Assembly (NCBI GenBank): GCA_964035545.1
Contig: OZ037772.1
Location: 12,956,818-13,020,817, forward strand
From: Bugula neritina
Taxonomy: Eukaryota; Animalia; Bryozoa
Reading direction: 5' to 3'
Length of the DNA: 64,000 nt
The position numbers were made by a program, and so were the translations under genes. The notes beneath the pieces are model-generated. The model worked only from the letters and a program-made list of their open reading frames with translations, did not search any database and was not told the DNA's origin. Each line of letters begins with the position of its first letter. The first letter of the stretch is position 1. This document shows, in pieces, positions 63,031 through 64,000 of this stretch.

Positions 63031-64000
63031 GGTAAGTGTTTTTGATAGTTATTTATCATAATTCAATATGCAGGTTTCAGTTTTTGTAAGATAGAAATCG
63101 TAATCTGCATGCGGATGTTCCCTGTCAATGAGCTGTGAGTGTGACAGTTTGAGAATGAGATTCAGATTCAGATTGGTTGAGATTCAGATACACTCGTTCA
63201 GGTTGACTTTGAGTTTGAAGTTTATGGAATATTAATATTTATTACATTTGAAAGCGTGTATAAATGTTAATATTTTTAGTTGTTTTGAATTTATTTATTG
63301 AGTGTGACTGTTCAAACTGAAACTTTGACTTTGAGTTGAACTCGGAACTGAAGTCTTGTTCAACTTTATGGTGAACTTGATCAGTTGGTTGAAGTTCTTA
63401 CGTTAATTCCATTGAGTTATCCTGAGTTCTTGAGTTACACAATTATCTATGTAATTAATACTATGGATATGAATAGAAGTTTTATTTTAGGTCACTTAAA
63501 TTTGTTACATTCACATTGTCATTGTGATGGATACTAAATTTAATAATTATTATATTAATAAAATCGAATGCTTTTTTGGTTATGTTATTCAAATTACCTG
63601 CAATAAACATGTTAGCAGACTGGTCAAAAGTTTTTTGCCTATTGAGCTTGAAATATCTTAATCCAGTCCCAGCAATTCAAATGTCAAACTCAATTTATTT
63701 TTAGCAATCTTTGACACAGGGAAACCACAGTTAAATTGCAAGTAATTTTGTAATGGCAAAATGAAATGTACACATAAATCTTTTAGGCTTAGAGTGAAAT
63801 AAATAATGGTAATAATTAATTGTCAAAAGTGGAATGGTTTATTATCAAAAACTTATTTACTACTTTATTAAGTTTTTCCAATGAATTTCATCTTTTAAAT
63901 ATACTGGAGTAGCTAGATTTTTCATGTGGTGATATGTTTTGGTATTCTGAAATCTGGGTATTTCCAATTGAAAGAATTTCAACCATTATTAATACAAATT

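Overview
AT-rich, intron-rich animal (invertebrate-type) genomic DNA; the taxon cannot be fixed from sequence alone. Left to right: (1) the 3' part of a calcium-binding EGF-repeat gene (269-5671, +). (2) A complete tandem paralog with a hemicentin-type VWA domain, EGF repeats and the same unusual furin-site C-terminal module (6897-18398, +). (3) About 10 kb rich in minisatellites with no convincing CDS. (4) An apparently intact TTAA-flanked Kolobok-type DNA transposon (28397-32196). (5) An atypical matrix metalloproteinase (34296-38586, +). (6) A convergent pair of intronless paralogs that look like tandem scramblase/Tubby-C-like proteins (39679-40860 +, 41463-42641 -). (7) A TMEM26-like gene (43436-46613, -). 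(8) A 4.7-kb 26-bp satellite. (9) A divergent ER Hsp70/BiP ending in HDEM (52876-58941, -), with a mariner relic in one intron and a Harbinger-type MITE upstream. A recurrent pattern across four genes is intronic tandem repeats whose unit is a copy of the adjacent splice junction. Exon models were built by hand from splice signals and reading phase; no database search was run.
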